The position numbers were made by a program, and so were the translations under genes. Below, one piece after another: positions 27,483 to 42,357 of a stretch of 64,000 nucleotides of DNA; the first letter of the stretch is position 1, and the number at the start of each line of letters is the position of its first letter. The notes beneath the pieces are model-generated. The model had not been told where the DNA came from. It saw only the letters and a list, made by a program, of their open reading frames with translations, and did no database searches. The DNA comes from Bdellovibrionales bacterium (GTDB lineage: Bacteria > Bdellovibrionota > Bdellovibrionia > Bdellovibrionales > JAGQZY01). Location of the stretch: contig JAIEOS010000066.1 of assembly GCA_019750295.1 (NCBI GenBank), positions 2,183-66,182 on the forward strand, given 5' to 3'.

Positions 27483-28013
27483 ATGAAGATGATGATTTTA
27501 TCATTCGCATTAACAATGGCTTCGGTCGCAAGTGCAGACTGGAATATCGATCTTTCTCGCCGTCAACACGACATGAAAAAACTGGAGATGGATCAATTGG
27601 TGGCCGAGGGTAAAGAGCAAAACGTGGTCCAGCAGATCTTCGAAAGAGAAGCTCCCATCGAAGAGCTTGTTATCGCCAACACAGACAAAGGTTTTGTTCC
27701 TGGCATGCTTCGACTAAAAAAGGACCAAAATTATCAAATCACAGTCGTTAACGTGAACAAAAAGAAGAAAAACGTAAGCTTTATGCTCGACGCCTTCGCG
27801 GAACACCATGGAACTTATTTTGGTGATGTTGTGAGTTTTAAAGTAAAACCACAAAAAGACGGATTGTTCCAATACGTTTGCCCAGAGACGGAGACAATTG
27901 GTAAAATCTTAGTGTACACTCAAGAGGAAATGCAGCCGGTCCCGGCCATTAAACTTCGTCAGCCTGCTGCTGAAGATGAAACGTCCATCCCAGTGAGTTT
28001 TGATAATGAGTAG
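27483..28013 (+). CDS. Secreted protein with a cupredoxin-like fold signature (copper ligands not evident)
   Basis: It has a signal peptide (MKMMILSFALTMASVASA). The C-terminal GFVPGMLRLKKDQNYQITVVNVNKK...VSFKVKPQKDGLFQYVCPE...GKILVY resembles cupredoxin-like domains, but there is no C-x-x-H...M ligand set. AAGGAG lies upstream of the ATG. Confidence 0.5.
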   Translation: MKMMILSFALTMASVASADWNIDLSRRQHDMKKLEMDQLVAEGKEQNVVQQIFEREAPIEELVIANTDKGFVPGMLRLKKDQNYQITVVNVNKKKKNVSFMLDAFAEHHGTYFGDVVSFKVKPQKDGLFQYVCPETETIGKILVYTQEEMQPVPAIKLRQPAAEDETSIPVSFDNE

Positions 28014-29151
28014 AAGCCTCGACACACGTACGCAAGCCTTTGAAGAGATGATCAAGAGCAATCTTGCTCCGGTCGTCACTTATTTGCAGGACGATACGGT
28101 GACCGAGGTTTTGATCAACGGCCCGAACGATGTGTTCATCGAGCGCGGCGGTAAACTTCTTAAAACAGACGCGAAATTTAAAACGGATAAAGATCTCGAA
28201 GTTGCCGTCCAAGCGATTGCGAATTTCGTCCGTCGTCGGATTAATCAAGATGAACCACGTCTTGATGCTCGACTTCCCAATGGATCGAGAATTCACGCGG
28301 TCTTGGCGCCCGTGGCTCGCAACGGTACGACGGTCAGTATTCGTAAGTTTAGCCAAGTGAAAGTCGACTTTAAAAAATATATTGATTGGGGCGCTCTTAA
28401 TTTGGACGCCGCTAAGTTTTTGCAAATCTGTATGATGCTCGGGAAAAACATTCTTGTGAGCGGAGGTACGGGCTCTGGAAAAACCACATTGCTCGGATTG
28501 CTTTGCAGTTGTATTCCTAAAGGACAACGCGTTCTTGTGATCGAGGATGCTTCCGAATTAAATGTCGAGTACGAGCACGTTGTGAGTTTCGAAACCAAAA
28601 TGCCAGATGAGCTTGGTAAGGGTGGAGTCACCATGTACGACCTCCTTAAGAGCAGCTTACGTCTTCGTCCCGATCGCATTATCGTGGGAGAGGTGCGTGG
28701 TGCAGAAGGCATGGAGTTGATTCAAGCGATGAACACGGGTCACAAAGGGTGTTTGGGAACCATTCACGCCAACACGCCGGGAGACTCATTGCTTCGTCTC
28801 GAAGCTTTGGCCATGGGTGGAGACAATAAATTGAGCGAAAAAGCGCTTCGCTATTCGATCGCTTCGGCCATCGAAATCGTTGTCCAGATTTCTCGTTTAC
28901 AAGATGGTTCACGTCGCATCACTAACATCACGGAAGTTTTAGGCTTAGATGAGCAGGGGCATTACAAAGTCGCTGATATCTATGCGCTCAATAACCCAAC
29001 GCGTCAGACTGATGGAAAGATTAAAGGATTTGCTGAGCCAACGGGCATATTGCCCACTTTTGTTCACGAGATCGAGAACAACGGCATCAAATTTCCTCGC
29101 TCTAAATTCTTTCCGACTCAGAGCACTCCGAATAGCCGAGAGTCGGCTTAA
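28000..29151 (+). CDS. CpaF/TadA/VirB11-family secretion ATPase (T2SS/T4P/T4SS ATPase superfamily)
   Basis: It contains TEVLINGPNDVFIERGGKL, Walker A SGGTGSGKTT, Asp box VIEDASEL, Walker B RPDRIIVGEVRGAE and His box GHKGCLGTIHAN. It overlaps the upstream gene by 14 nt. Confidence 0.88.
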   Translation: MIMSRSLDTRTQAFEEMIKSNLAPVVTYLQDDTVTEVLINGPNDVFIERGGKLLKTDAKFKTDKDLEVAVQAIANFVRRRINQDEPRLDARLPNGSRIHAVLAPVARNGTTVSIRKFSQVKVDFKKYIDWGALNLDAAKFLQICMMLGKNILVSGGTGSGKTTLLGLLCSCIPKGQRVLVIEDASELNVEYEHVVSFETKMPDELGKGGVTMYDLLKSSLRLRPDRIIVGEVRGAEGMELIQAMNTGHKGCLGTIHANTPGDSLLRLEALAMGGDNKLSEKALRYSIASAIEIVVQISRLQDGSRRITNITEVLGLDEQGHYKVADIYALNNPTRQTDGKIKGFAEPTGILPTFVHEIENNGIKFPRSKFFPTQSTPNSRESA

Positions 29152-29176
29152 TCCTCAAATTTTTGGTCTAAATTCC

Positions 29177-29255
29177 CGTCATCCTGAGCGAAAGCGAAGG
29201 ATCTCGGTGACTTATCGGTCGCGCGCGAGATCCTTCGCATTCGCTGGGGATGACG
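29177..29255. repeat. Long imperfect palindrome (REP-like hairpin element; probable terminator or RNA stabiliser)
   Basis: CGTCATCCTGAGCGAAAGCGAAGGATCTCG (29177-29206) pairs with CGAGATCCTTCGCATTCGCTGGGGATGACG (29226-29255). By manual reverse complement 27 of 30 positions match, with a 19-nt loop. It starts 26 nt after the ATPase stop. Confidence 0.75.
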
Positions 29256-29361
29256 CGCCGGTGTTTTCCCTCGGGATGGCGGCGAAAACTGTCATAAGGC
29301 GTCGTTATTCCTTTGCAAATTTAATTGTCGACACGCTTTCTTTTTCATAGCAAAAGTAACC

Positions 29362-31664
<2,303 letters not shown>

Positions 31665-31757
31665 AAGGTCTAGTCGTCCACGAAACTCCCGATCTTCACT
31701 TTGGTCGGGATGGACGCGGGATTGATAATCGCTAAGGGTTTGCTAGAATAATGAGAT

Positions 31758-32051
31758 ATGTATCTCATCGAAAAGTTGCGCTCGTTTCTCAATCAACCGT
31801 TTAAAATTTTTTGGCTGTGCCTTATTGTTGGCTTTGTCACACTTCTTTACGACGGTAGTTTTTGGAATCTGTGGAGTCTCCATCACAACTACAAAGAGAT
31901 GGAAAAACGAATTCAAGCGGTCAACGAAGAGACATCCAATTTGAATTTTAAAGTTCAAGAGTCGAACGGTCGAGAGTTCATCGAGCGACAAGCGATGGAT
32001 CAGTTAGGTTTAGTGCGCGAAGAAGATTTGATCTTTGTGTTTTCAGATTGA
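31758..32051 (+). CDS. ftsB: Septum formation initiator family protein (FtsB/DivIC-like)
   Basis: The 97-aa ORF has one N-terminal TM segment and a short coiled coil, and ends in FIERQAMDQLGLVREEDLIF, typical of FtsB/DivIC. It sits downstream of eno, as in many bacteria. Confidence 0.7.
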   Translation: MYLIEKLRSFLNQPFKIFWLCLIVGFVTLLYDGSFWNLWSLHHNYKEMEKRIQAVNEETSNLNFKVQESNGREFIERQAMDQLGLVREEDLIFVFSD

Positions 32052-32083
32052 ACCAATCACCTCCATAGATTAGTCTCTGCCGC

Positions 32084-34639
32084 ATGTCTAATGCGAGAAA
32101 AAGTCTTTATCTAGTTGATGTCAGTTCCATGTTTTTTAGAGCGTACTACGCTGTTCGTCCTCTGAGCACATCGAAGGGTGTTCCGACCAATGCGATCTAT
32201 GGTTACCTTTCGATGATCGTGAAATTGCTCAAAGAGATTAAGCCGGATTATCTGGCCTTCTGTTACGATCGACCTGAACCTTCCTTTCGCAAAGACATCT
32301 ATCCTGAATACAAAGCCAATCGTTCAGAGATGCCGGAAGATCTGGCGCCGCAAATTCCCTACATCAAGCAGCTCACGGAAGCTTTGGGAATTCCTGCCTT
32401 CGAGATGCAAGGCTTTGAAGCCGATGATTTGATTGGAACTTTTGCCATGATGGGAGAGAAACACAATTTAGACGTGGTGATTGTGAGTGGGGATAAAGAT
32501 TTTTCTCAGCTGATCAACGAACACACGATCATGTACGATACGATGAAAGACACTCGTTTTACTGTCGAGAAAGTTGTCGAAAAGTGGGGAGTTGAGCCGA
32601 AGTACTTTATTGATTATCTCGCTCTGACAGGAGATTCCTCGGATAATATTCCAGGAGTCCGCGGAGTGGGACCCAAGGGGGCTCAAAAACTGATCAATGA
32701 GTTTCATACGGTTGAAGAAATCTACAAAAGAATCGATGAAGTGAAAAATCCGACGCTCAAAAATAAGCTGCTGGAATCTCAAGAGATGGCGTTATTGTCT
32801 AAAAAGCTGGTGACCATCGAGACGGATGTTAAGGTCAATATCGGAATCCAAGATCTCAAGGTGCGCGAGCGAAAAACTGCGGAGCTCGAAAAACTTTTAG
32901 AGGAGCTTGAGTTTCAGTCTTTCAAAAAAAATCTGATCACTTTAGATCAGAGCCAGGGGGCGCCGACGATAGATCCCATTCACGAAGCGCCAAAAGAGAA
33001 AGTTGCGGCTCCGACCGATTTTAAAGTCATTCATCTTAAAAACGAGGATTTTGCAAAATGGTTGGAAAACCATAAAAATCTTTGGATCGTCGACTCCGAA
33101 CGCAATTATATATTTGCCTCAAAGAATGATGTGGTTGTGTTTGAAGGGGATGAAGAGGGTTTGGCTCGACTTTTTGATGCGACGGAAGGTCTGCAATGGT
33201 CGGGATATGATTTGAAGACGCAATGGAGAAAGCTGGGAGTCCGTCGGTCGCAAACTGCAGTATGGGATGCGATGCTTGCGGCGTACGTGGTTCAGGCTGG
33301 GCCCATCGAATCCTTTGGAGATATTTTTATAAAGTACGTCGGGGAAACTCTTCCCGATTTACCAACTCCGGACAGTCTTTACAGTGCGCATCTCCAATTG
33401 CGGATCGCTCTCCTTGAAAAACTTGAGGAAACGCGAATGACAGAAATTCTTAAGACGATCGAACTTCCGATCATCGACGTGCTCACGGCCATGGAGAAAA
33501 ACGGTGTTTTAATCGACGTTGAGTTTTTAAATAAAGAAAGTAAAACTCTGGCGCAGGATCTTAAGAAAATTGAAGAGGAAATTTATAAGGAAGCGGGCGA
33601 GACCTTTAATATTGCAAGCCCCAAGCAGCTGGGTCAGATTCTTTTTGAAAAGATGAATTTGCCGAAAGGGAAAAAAACTAAAACCGGTTATTCAACCAAT
33701 AACGAAGTTCTAGAAAATCTCGAAGAGTTCCCGATCGCCAAAAAAATTATCGAGTATCGCGAGATTGCAAAACTCAAATCGACCTATGTCGACGCCTTGC
33801 CAACAATGGTGGATCCCAAAACAGGTCGCATTCACACTCAGTACAATCAAGCTCTCACGGCGACCGGTCGGCTTTCGAGTGTTCACCCCAACCTGCAGAA
33901 CATTCCGATTCGTACAGAGCGGGGAATGCGGATTCGTCGCGCCTTTATTGCCAATGAAGGTCATATCTTGGTGGCTGCGGACTATAGCCAGATCGAGTTG
34001 CGAATTTTAGCTCATATTTCTAACGACAAAGGATTAACCGAAGCTTTTGCTCAGGATTTGGACATTCACACAAAAACAGCGAGCGAAGTCTTTAGCGTCC
34101 CGCTCGATCAAGTGACGTCTGACCTTCGACGGAAGGCCAAAGCGGTGAACTTTGGAATTGCCTACGGCCAAGGGGCCTATGGTTTAGCCGATGGATTAAA
34201 AATTCCACGGGGGGAAGCTAAAATCATCATTGATACCTACTTCGAACGTTTTAAAGGGGTTAAGAAGTACATGCACGACGCGGTCGAGTCCGTGAAGAAA
34301 ACCGGCTATAGCGAAAGTCTTTTAGGTCGGCGTCGATATCTCCCCGAGATCAACTCAAAGAATTTTAATGTAAAAGCTTTTGCGGAGCGCGCGGCGATCA
34401 ATGCGCCCATTCAGGGGATGTCGAGTGACATCGTCAAAATGGCCATGATTCAGGTGGCCGAGAAATTTCGCGACCAAATGATTCTACAGGTTCACGATGA
34501 ACTTATCTTTGAATTGCCCGACGATGCAACTTTGGAAAAAAACATGAAGGAGATTCGATCCATCATGGAGAACTGCATTACCTTATGTATTCCGCTGAAA
34601 GTGAATATCGGGAGCGGGAAAAACTGGTCGGAAATTTAG
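32084..34639 (+). CDS. polA: DNA polymerase I
   Basis: It has a 5'-nuclease domain (LYLVDVSSMFFRAYYA, SGDKDFSQL) and polymerase motifs (DYSQIELRILAH, RRKAKAVNFGIAYG, QVHDELIFE). At 851 aa it is Taq-like in length. Confidence 0.96.
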   Translation: MSNARKSLYLVDVSSMFFRAYYAVRPLSTSKGVPTNAIYGYLSMIVKLLKEIKPDYLAFCYDRPEPSFRKDIYPEYKANRSEMPEDLAPQIPYIKQLTEALGIPAFEMQGFEADDLIGTFAMMGEKHNLDVVIVSGDKDFSQLINEHTIMYDTMKDTRFTVEKVVEKWGVEPKYFIDYLALTGDSSDNIPGVRGVGPKGAQKLINEFHTVEEIYKRIDEVKNPTLKNKLLESQEMALLSKKLVTIETDVKVNIGIQDLKVRERKTAELEKLLEELEFQSFKKNLITLDQSQGAPTIDPIHEAPKEKVAAPTDFKVIHLKNEDFAKWLENHKNLWIVDSERNYIFASKNDVVVFEGDEEGLARLFDATEGLQWSGYDLKTQWRKLGVRRSQTAVWDAMLAAYVVQAGPIESFGDIFIKYVGETLPDLPTPDSLYSAHLQLRIALLEKLEETRMTEILKTIELPIIDVLTAMEKNGVLIDVEFLNKESKTLAQDLKKIEEEIYKEAGETFNIASPKQLGQILFEKMNLPKGKKTKTGYSTNNEVLENLEEFPIAKKIIEYREIAKLKSTYVDALPTMVDPKTGRIHTQYNQALTATGRLSSVHPNLQNIPIRTERGMRIRRAFIANEGHILVAADYSQIELRILAHISNDKGLTEAFAQDLDIHTKTASEVFSVPLDQVTSDLRRKAKAVNFGIAYGQGAYGLADGLKIPRGEAKIIIDTYFERFKGVKKYMHDAVESVKKTGYSESLLGRRRYLPEINSKNFNVKAFAERAAINAPIQGMSSDIVKMAMIQVAEKFRDQMILQVHDELIFELPDDATLEKNMKEIRSIMENCITLCIPLKVNIGSGKNWSEI

Positions 34640-34695
34640 AAGGCAGGGGAGCTCTAATCCTTTACTTTTAGTGATAATAACTGTGGAATAGAGGG

Positions 34696-35391
34696 ATGGC
34701 TAAAGAAGTTTCCCAAGATGCCTTAAATATGGTCGACGAGGTTTTCAAAGAAGAAGACCCGGCATTTCTCGCGGATTTAGAAAAAATCAAACCTGAAGAC
34801 CTCAATAACCAACCTCTCGACGCCATGGATCCTGAAGAAGTGAAGCGTCTTAAAGAATTGGGTCTTCGTGGAAAATGGATGATGCTGAGACCTCAGCAAA
34901 AGAAAATCATCTATGCATCTGTTTTTATAGTTTTCGTAGGGATTCCATTGGTCATTCTTTCGGCCCTGGGTCTTCTCACTCCTCAGTTCTCCTTCGACGA
35001 AATTCCGTCGATGGCCTATATGGCTGACGAATCGACCCCCTTCGAAACGAGCGACGAATTGGTCGGAATTTTGAGCTTAGAGAATGATGAAGAATTTAAT
35101 CTCAAAACTCGCGAAATGCTCGTGCAGCTGAAAACTACGAATAAAACGAAGGGATTCGTGCGCGTGATCTTCGAAATAGGCATGGCCAGCGAAGAGGATC
35201 GTGTCTATATTTCGAAACGTGAAAAAGATGTTATCGATATCGTTACGGAAGTTTTAACAAATACGACCCACGCCGAATTTTCGGGCATTGAAGGTAAAGA
35301 GATGATCCGCCGAAAAATCATCGTGGCTCTCAATAAAAAATTGGAGGGAAAAGTCAAATCCCTCCATTACGACCAGTTTTTGTTCCAATAA
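34696..35391 (+). CDS. FliL-like membrane protein
   Basis: It has a single TM segment (IIYASVFIVFVGIPLVILSALGLL). The C-terminal pattern VRVIFEIGMASEED...VIDIVTEVLTNTTHAEFSGIEGKEMIRRKIIVALNKKLEGKVKSLHYDQFLFQ matches the FliL family layout. Confidence 0.5.
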   Translation: MAKEVSQDALNMVDEVFKEEDPAFLADLEKIKPEDLNNQPLDAMDPEEVKRLKELGLRGKWMMLRPQQKKIIYASVFIVFVGIPLVILSALGLLTPQFSFDEIPSMAYMADESTPFETSDELVGILSLENDEEFNLKTREMLVQLKTTNKTKGFVRVIFEIGMASEEDRVYISKREKDVIDIVTEVLTNTTHAEFSGIEGKEMIRRKIIVALNKKLEGKVKSLHYDQFLFQ

Positions 35392-35426
35392 AAAACACCG
35401 ATACGAATCTGTCCTACGGATGGGGC

Positions 35427-36701
35427 TTAGACACGACTGCGCTTTTTAAAAGCGAAGGGGTTTATCCCGTAGGTTTTGACCTTATCGTGAAGCGTGCTCT
35501 TCGGCATTTTTAGATCTTCGGCGGCTCGACGTTGATTGCCATTGTGTTTCTCTAAATTTTTTATAATCAGTTCGCGTTCCAGCTCTTTGATGGGCGGTAA
35601 GCTTTCCAATAATGCCTCGTTGGCTTTGGGAGGGCGGTCGACCAGTTGGCTTAAATGATCAACTTCGATTTGCTCTCCGGGAAAGTAGGCCGCAGCGCGC
35701 GCCACGACGTTTTTGAGTTCGCGAATATTGCCAGGCCACGAATGATCTTTTAACTTTTCCATGGCCGCGAAGGAAAATCTCACTCGGCTCTCTCGCGCCA
35801 TGGAGTACAGAATCGCTTCAAAGTCCTCGATCCGATCAATCAGAGACGGAGGAGAGATTCGACAGACATTTAAACGATGGTAGAGGTCTTCTCGAAATTC
35901 TTGTTTTAGAATTTTCTCGTAAAGATTTTTATGAGTGGCCGCCAGCACGCGAACGTGTGTGCGAATCGTTTTATCGGAACCGACGGGGCGGATTTCTTGA
36001 TTTTCTAGCGCGCGCAAAAGCTTGGGTTGAAGATTGATCGGGAGATCTCCGATTTCGTCTAAAAACAACGTTCCGCCGCGGGCCTCTTCAAAAGCGCCTT
36101 TACGGTCATTCGCGGCACCGGTAAACGATCCTTTCACGTGTCCAAACAATTCACTTTCGATCAGTTGTTCGCTGAGAGCACTGCAGTTGATCGCAACAAA
36201 AGGACCATGTCGCCGGGGAGAGAGTTTATGAATGAGAGATGCAATCACTTCTTTTCCGCTTCCGGAAGGCCCAATGATCAGAACTGTATGCTCGGTGGAG
36301 GAGAAGGCGGGAATTTTATCAATCTGCCTTTGCCATTCGGTATTTTTGGAGGTCGGCAGTTCGGTCTCATCTTTTTTGTGAGAGGCAAAAATAAATTGCG
36401 TTTCGCCGATACGGATTCGATCATTGACCGAAAGTGTGGCTTCGATGACGGGAGTTTCGTTGAGTAATGTTCCATTGCTGCTGCGAAGATCTTTGAGAAC
36501 AAACTGCGATCCTCGTTTTTCGATGCGCGCATGCCGCTGAGATACAAACGGATCTCCGAGAACCATGTGATTGCTCGGATTGCGTCCAAACGTAAAGAAA
36601 TCTCCAATCTCGACCACCGTGTCCGAAGTATTAAGGGATATGAGGTACGCCTTCTCGAGGACGGAATCCTGAACCAAATCAATTTTACAAGTCTGCATCA
36701 T
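35427..36701 (-). CDS. Sigma-54-dependent transcriptional activator with an N-terminal FHA domain
   Basis: The FHA domain reads FGRNPSNHMVLGDPFVSQRHARIEKRGSQFVLKDLRSSNGTLLNE. The AAA+ domain has GPSGSGKEV, ESELFGHVKGSFTGA (GAFTGA-type) and GTLFLDEIG. There is a C-terminal Fis-type HTH (GNQRRAAEDLKMPKSTLHDKVK). Confidence 0.92.
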   Translation of the reverse strand: MMQTCKIDLVQDSVLEKAYLISLNTSDTVVEIGDFFTFGRNPSNHMVLGDPFVSQRHARIEKRGSQFVLKDLRSSNGTLLNETPVIEATLSVNDRIRIGETQFIFASHKKDETELPTSKNTEWQRQIDKIPAFSSTEHTVLIIGPSGSGKEVIASLIHKLSPRRHGPFVAINCSALSEQLIESELFGHVKGSFTGAANDRKGAFEEARGGTLFLDEIGDLPINLQPKLLRALENQEIRPVGSDKTIRTHVRVLAATHKNLYEKILKQEFREDLYHRLNVCRISPPSLIDRIEDFEAILYSMARESRVRFSFAAMEKLKDHSWPGNIRELKNVVARAAAYFPGEQIEVDHLSQLVDRPPKANEALLESLPPIKELERELIIKNLEKHNGNQRRAAEDLKMPKSTLHDKVKTYGINPFAFKKRSRV

Positions 36702-36918
36702 TAAAAGCTCCTTCGTTATCCCAGACCTATTTCAATCCGCATACCAGCACCGTCTGCGTCTCAAATCCAAATTATCGAACAAACACCTAAAACGTCCGGC
36801 CCGTGTCCAAATTTGAAGTCCGTGATCCAATAAAATTGGGGTTTTCAGTTTTTGAAACAAAAATTTACGGTGCTGCAATAAGCTTGGGTTGGAGGAACTT
36901 TTTTGCTAAGACCAGGCT

Positions 36919-37485
36919 ATGTCGAGCAAACTGACTTTTATTAAAAGCGCCGTGGATATTCACGATTTTCCCGAGGACAATCAGTCCGAGATCCTCTTTG
37001 CGGGCCGTTCCAATGCCGGGAAATCTTCTCTCATTAATACGATTGCGCAGGGAAAAGTGGCGAAAGTCAGTTCCACTCCGGGGAAAACTCGGCATTTGAA
37101 CATCTTTGAGCATCGTGAGGGCTATCGTATTATTGATATGCCCGGTTATGGATACGCGATCCGCTCGAAGGACGAAGTCGACTCCTGGAAAAAAATGATT
37201 GAGCCCTATCTCCTGAAGAGAATGAATATAAAGGGGTTGGTGTTGGTTATGGATATCCGCCGCGAGTGGGCTGAGGAAGAGCAGCAAATGCTGGAGCTCG
37301 CTCAGTATTTACGCGTTGGGCTTGCGGTGATTCTCAACAAGGCCGACAAATTATCGCGTGGGGCCGCGCTGGCAAAAAAAGCCAAGTTATCTCAGTCACT
37401 TAGCATTAATGATTGTCTGCTCATGTCGGTCCTCAAAAAGCAGGGGATCGAGGATCTCGAAAATCTCTTGATCAAGTGGAAATAG
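36919..37485 (+). CDS. engB: Ribosome biogenesis GTPase YihA/EngB
   Basis: It contains G1 GRSNAGKSSLIN, DMPGYG and NKADK. Confidence 0.85.
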   Translation: MSSKLTFIKSAVDIHDFPEDNQSEILFAGRSNAGKSSLINTIAQGKVAKVSSTPGKTRHLNIFEHREGYRIIDMPGYGYAIRSKDEVDSWKKMIEPYLLKRMNIKGLVLVMDIRREWAEEEQQMLELAQYLRVGLAVILNKADKLSRGAALAKKAKLSQSLSINDCLLMSVLKKQGIEDLENLLIKWK

Positions 37486-37581
37486 CTCCCTCAAATCTAG
37501 TGAAAAAAACCACCCAAGCTCGCTCGTTCTCTCGACACCCTCTGGGGTTTTTGTTATAACATTCGCTACCTAGGAGATACT

Positions 37582-40998
<3,417 letters not shown>

Positions 40999-41008
40999 GC
41001 GAATCCAC

Positions 41009-41746
41009 ATGTCGGTATCCATCATTGTTCTATTAGTGCTGTTGACTTTAGCGGGTGCTTTATCTCGATACTATCGTCTGAGCCGAATTCTTATGGCGGT
41101 GGCCGTAGTTTTTATCTTAGTGATTGGCAATGGTGTCTTTGCACAGTTGGTGATCGAAAGCTTACAAACTCACTCTCGCGCAACCGTCACTGATTGGAAA
41201 GAAAGAAATGCGTTTATTATTTTAGGGGCAGGAACGTCCTTTTGGTCGGCGTCCCATCTTGTGGTGAGCGCCATGCCCACTTTTTCCCGAGCGCACGAAG
41301 CGATCCGACTTTATCTTCAATGTAAAAAGCAAAACAAACAATGCCACATTTATGTCACGGGTGGAGATCCTGCCAAGAATGGAACGAGCGAGGCCGAAGC
41401 TTTGGCCAACGCTCTCACTGAGATGGGTGTCATCGACGAGGATATATTTAGGGAAATGAAAAGTAAAAACACCTACCAAAATGCCAAATTTACCGCAGCG
41501 ATGATGGCCGCGCGGGAGCCCTACGATGAGATCTTTCTCGTCACTTCGGGGTTACATATGAACCGATCTTTACTTTATTTTTCGCACTTTAAAATATTCC
41601 CGACGCCCGCTCCGGCGGATCAAGCCAGTGCGCTCTTTAAAGTCATCCCGCTTTCTCACAATCTCTCGTTGTTTGATTTGGGTGTCCATGAGTACTTGGG
41701 CATGGCGCGATTTCATCTTTATAATTTTTTGGGATGGAATAAGTAG
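41009..41746 (+). CDS. DUF218 (YdcF/ElyC/SanA-like) membrane protein
   Basis: It has two N-terminal TM segments, then FIILGAG...RAHEAIRLY...IYVTGG...SEAEALANAL...NTYQNAKF...VTSGLHMNRS, matching the DUF218 pattern. Confidence 0.7.
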   Translation: MSVSIIVLLVLLTLAGALSRYYRLSRILMAVAVVFILVIGNGVFAQLVIESLQTHSRATVTDWKERNAFIILGAGTSFWSASHLVVSAMPTFSRAHEAIRLYLQCKKQNKQCHIYVTGGDPAKNGTSEAEALANALTEMGVIDEDIFREMKSKNTYQNAKFTAAMMAAREPYDEIFLVTSGLHMNRSLLYFSHFKIFPTPAPADQASALFKVIPLSHNLSLFDLGVHEYLGMARFHLYNFLGWNK

Positions 41747-41837
41747 GCTCCACTACTGAAGGCCAGTCCTAATTTAAATCTCGATTAAATCTCAAGTTTA
41801 CTTGCCTATAAAGATCCGATTGTTCACTATATAAGTT

Positions 41838-42347
41838 ATGGAATTATCCCAAGAACTTATCGCTAAGCTTAAAAAAGTGAAGATGCTCGTGACCGATGTG
41901 GACGGCGTTATGACCGACGGAACTATCTTTTTAGGGGATGATGGGGAATGGCGTCGCCACTATTCTGTTCGAGATGGGGCCGGTATCGTTTTTTTGCGGG
42001 AAGCCGGATACAAGGTGGGGATAATTACTGGAGCCTCTTCCCCGGACGTGCGGAAGAGAGCGGAGCATTTAAAGATAGATTATCTTTTTCAAGGCAAGAT
42101 GGACAAAGGTCCGGCCTTTGATGAAATTAAAAAAATGAGTGGTTATACTAATGAGGAAATCAGTTACATCGGTGATGATGTCTTTGACTTGGTGATCCTC
42201 GAACAAGTGGGTTTTGCGGCAACGGTGCCCGGAGCGATTGAGGGTGTGCAGCCAAAGTGCCACTATGTAACGAAGCGACCCGAGGGCGACGGTGCCCTTC
42301 GTGAGTTGTGCGAAATGATTATCAAATACGGTTATTACTCTAAGTAA
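41838..42347 (+). CDS. kdsC: 3-deoxy-D-manno-octulosonate 8-phosphate phosphatase (HAD, KdsC family)
   Basis: It contains LVTDVDGVMTDG (DxDGV), RDGAGI, GIITGASS and YIGDDVFDL. Confidence 0.82.
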   Translation: MELSQELIAKLKKVKMLVTDVDGVMTDGTIFLGDDGEWRRHYSVRDGAGIVFLREAGYKVGIITGASSPDVRKRAEHLKIDYLFQGKMDKGPAFDEIKKMSGYTNEEISYIGDDVFDLVILEQVGFAATVPGAIEGVQPKCHYVTKRPEGDGALRELCEMIIKYGYYSK

Positions 42348-42357
42348 GGAGCATCTT

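Noticed and set aside
27949-28527. A 192-aa minus-strand ORF antisense to the CpaF-like ATPase.
   Set aside because: The plus-strand frame carries all the conserved ATPase boxes. The antisense ORF has no motif and no SD.
31687-31710. A hairpin TCCCGATC...GGTCGGGA after eno, considered as a terminator.
   Set aside because: It has only an 8-bp stem with a G-U pair and no U-tract, which is too weak to call.
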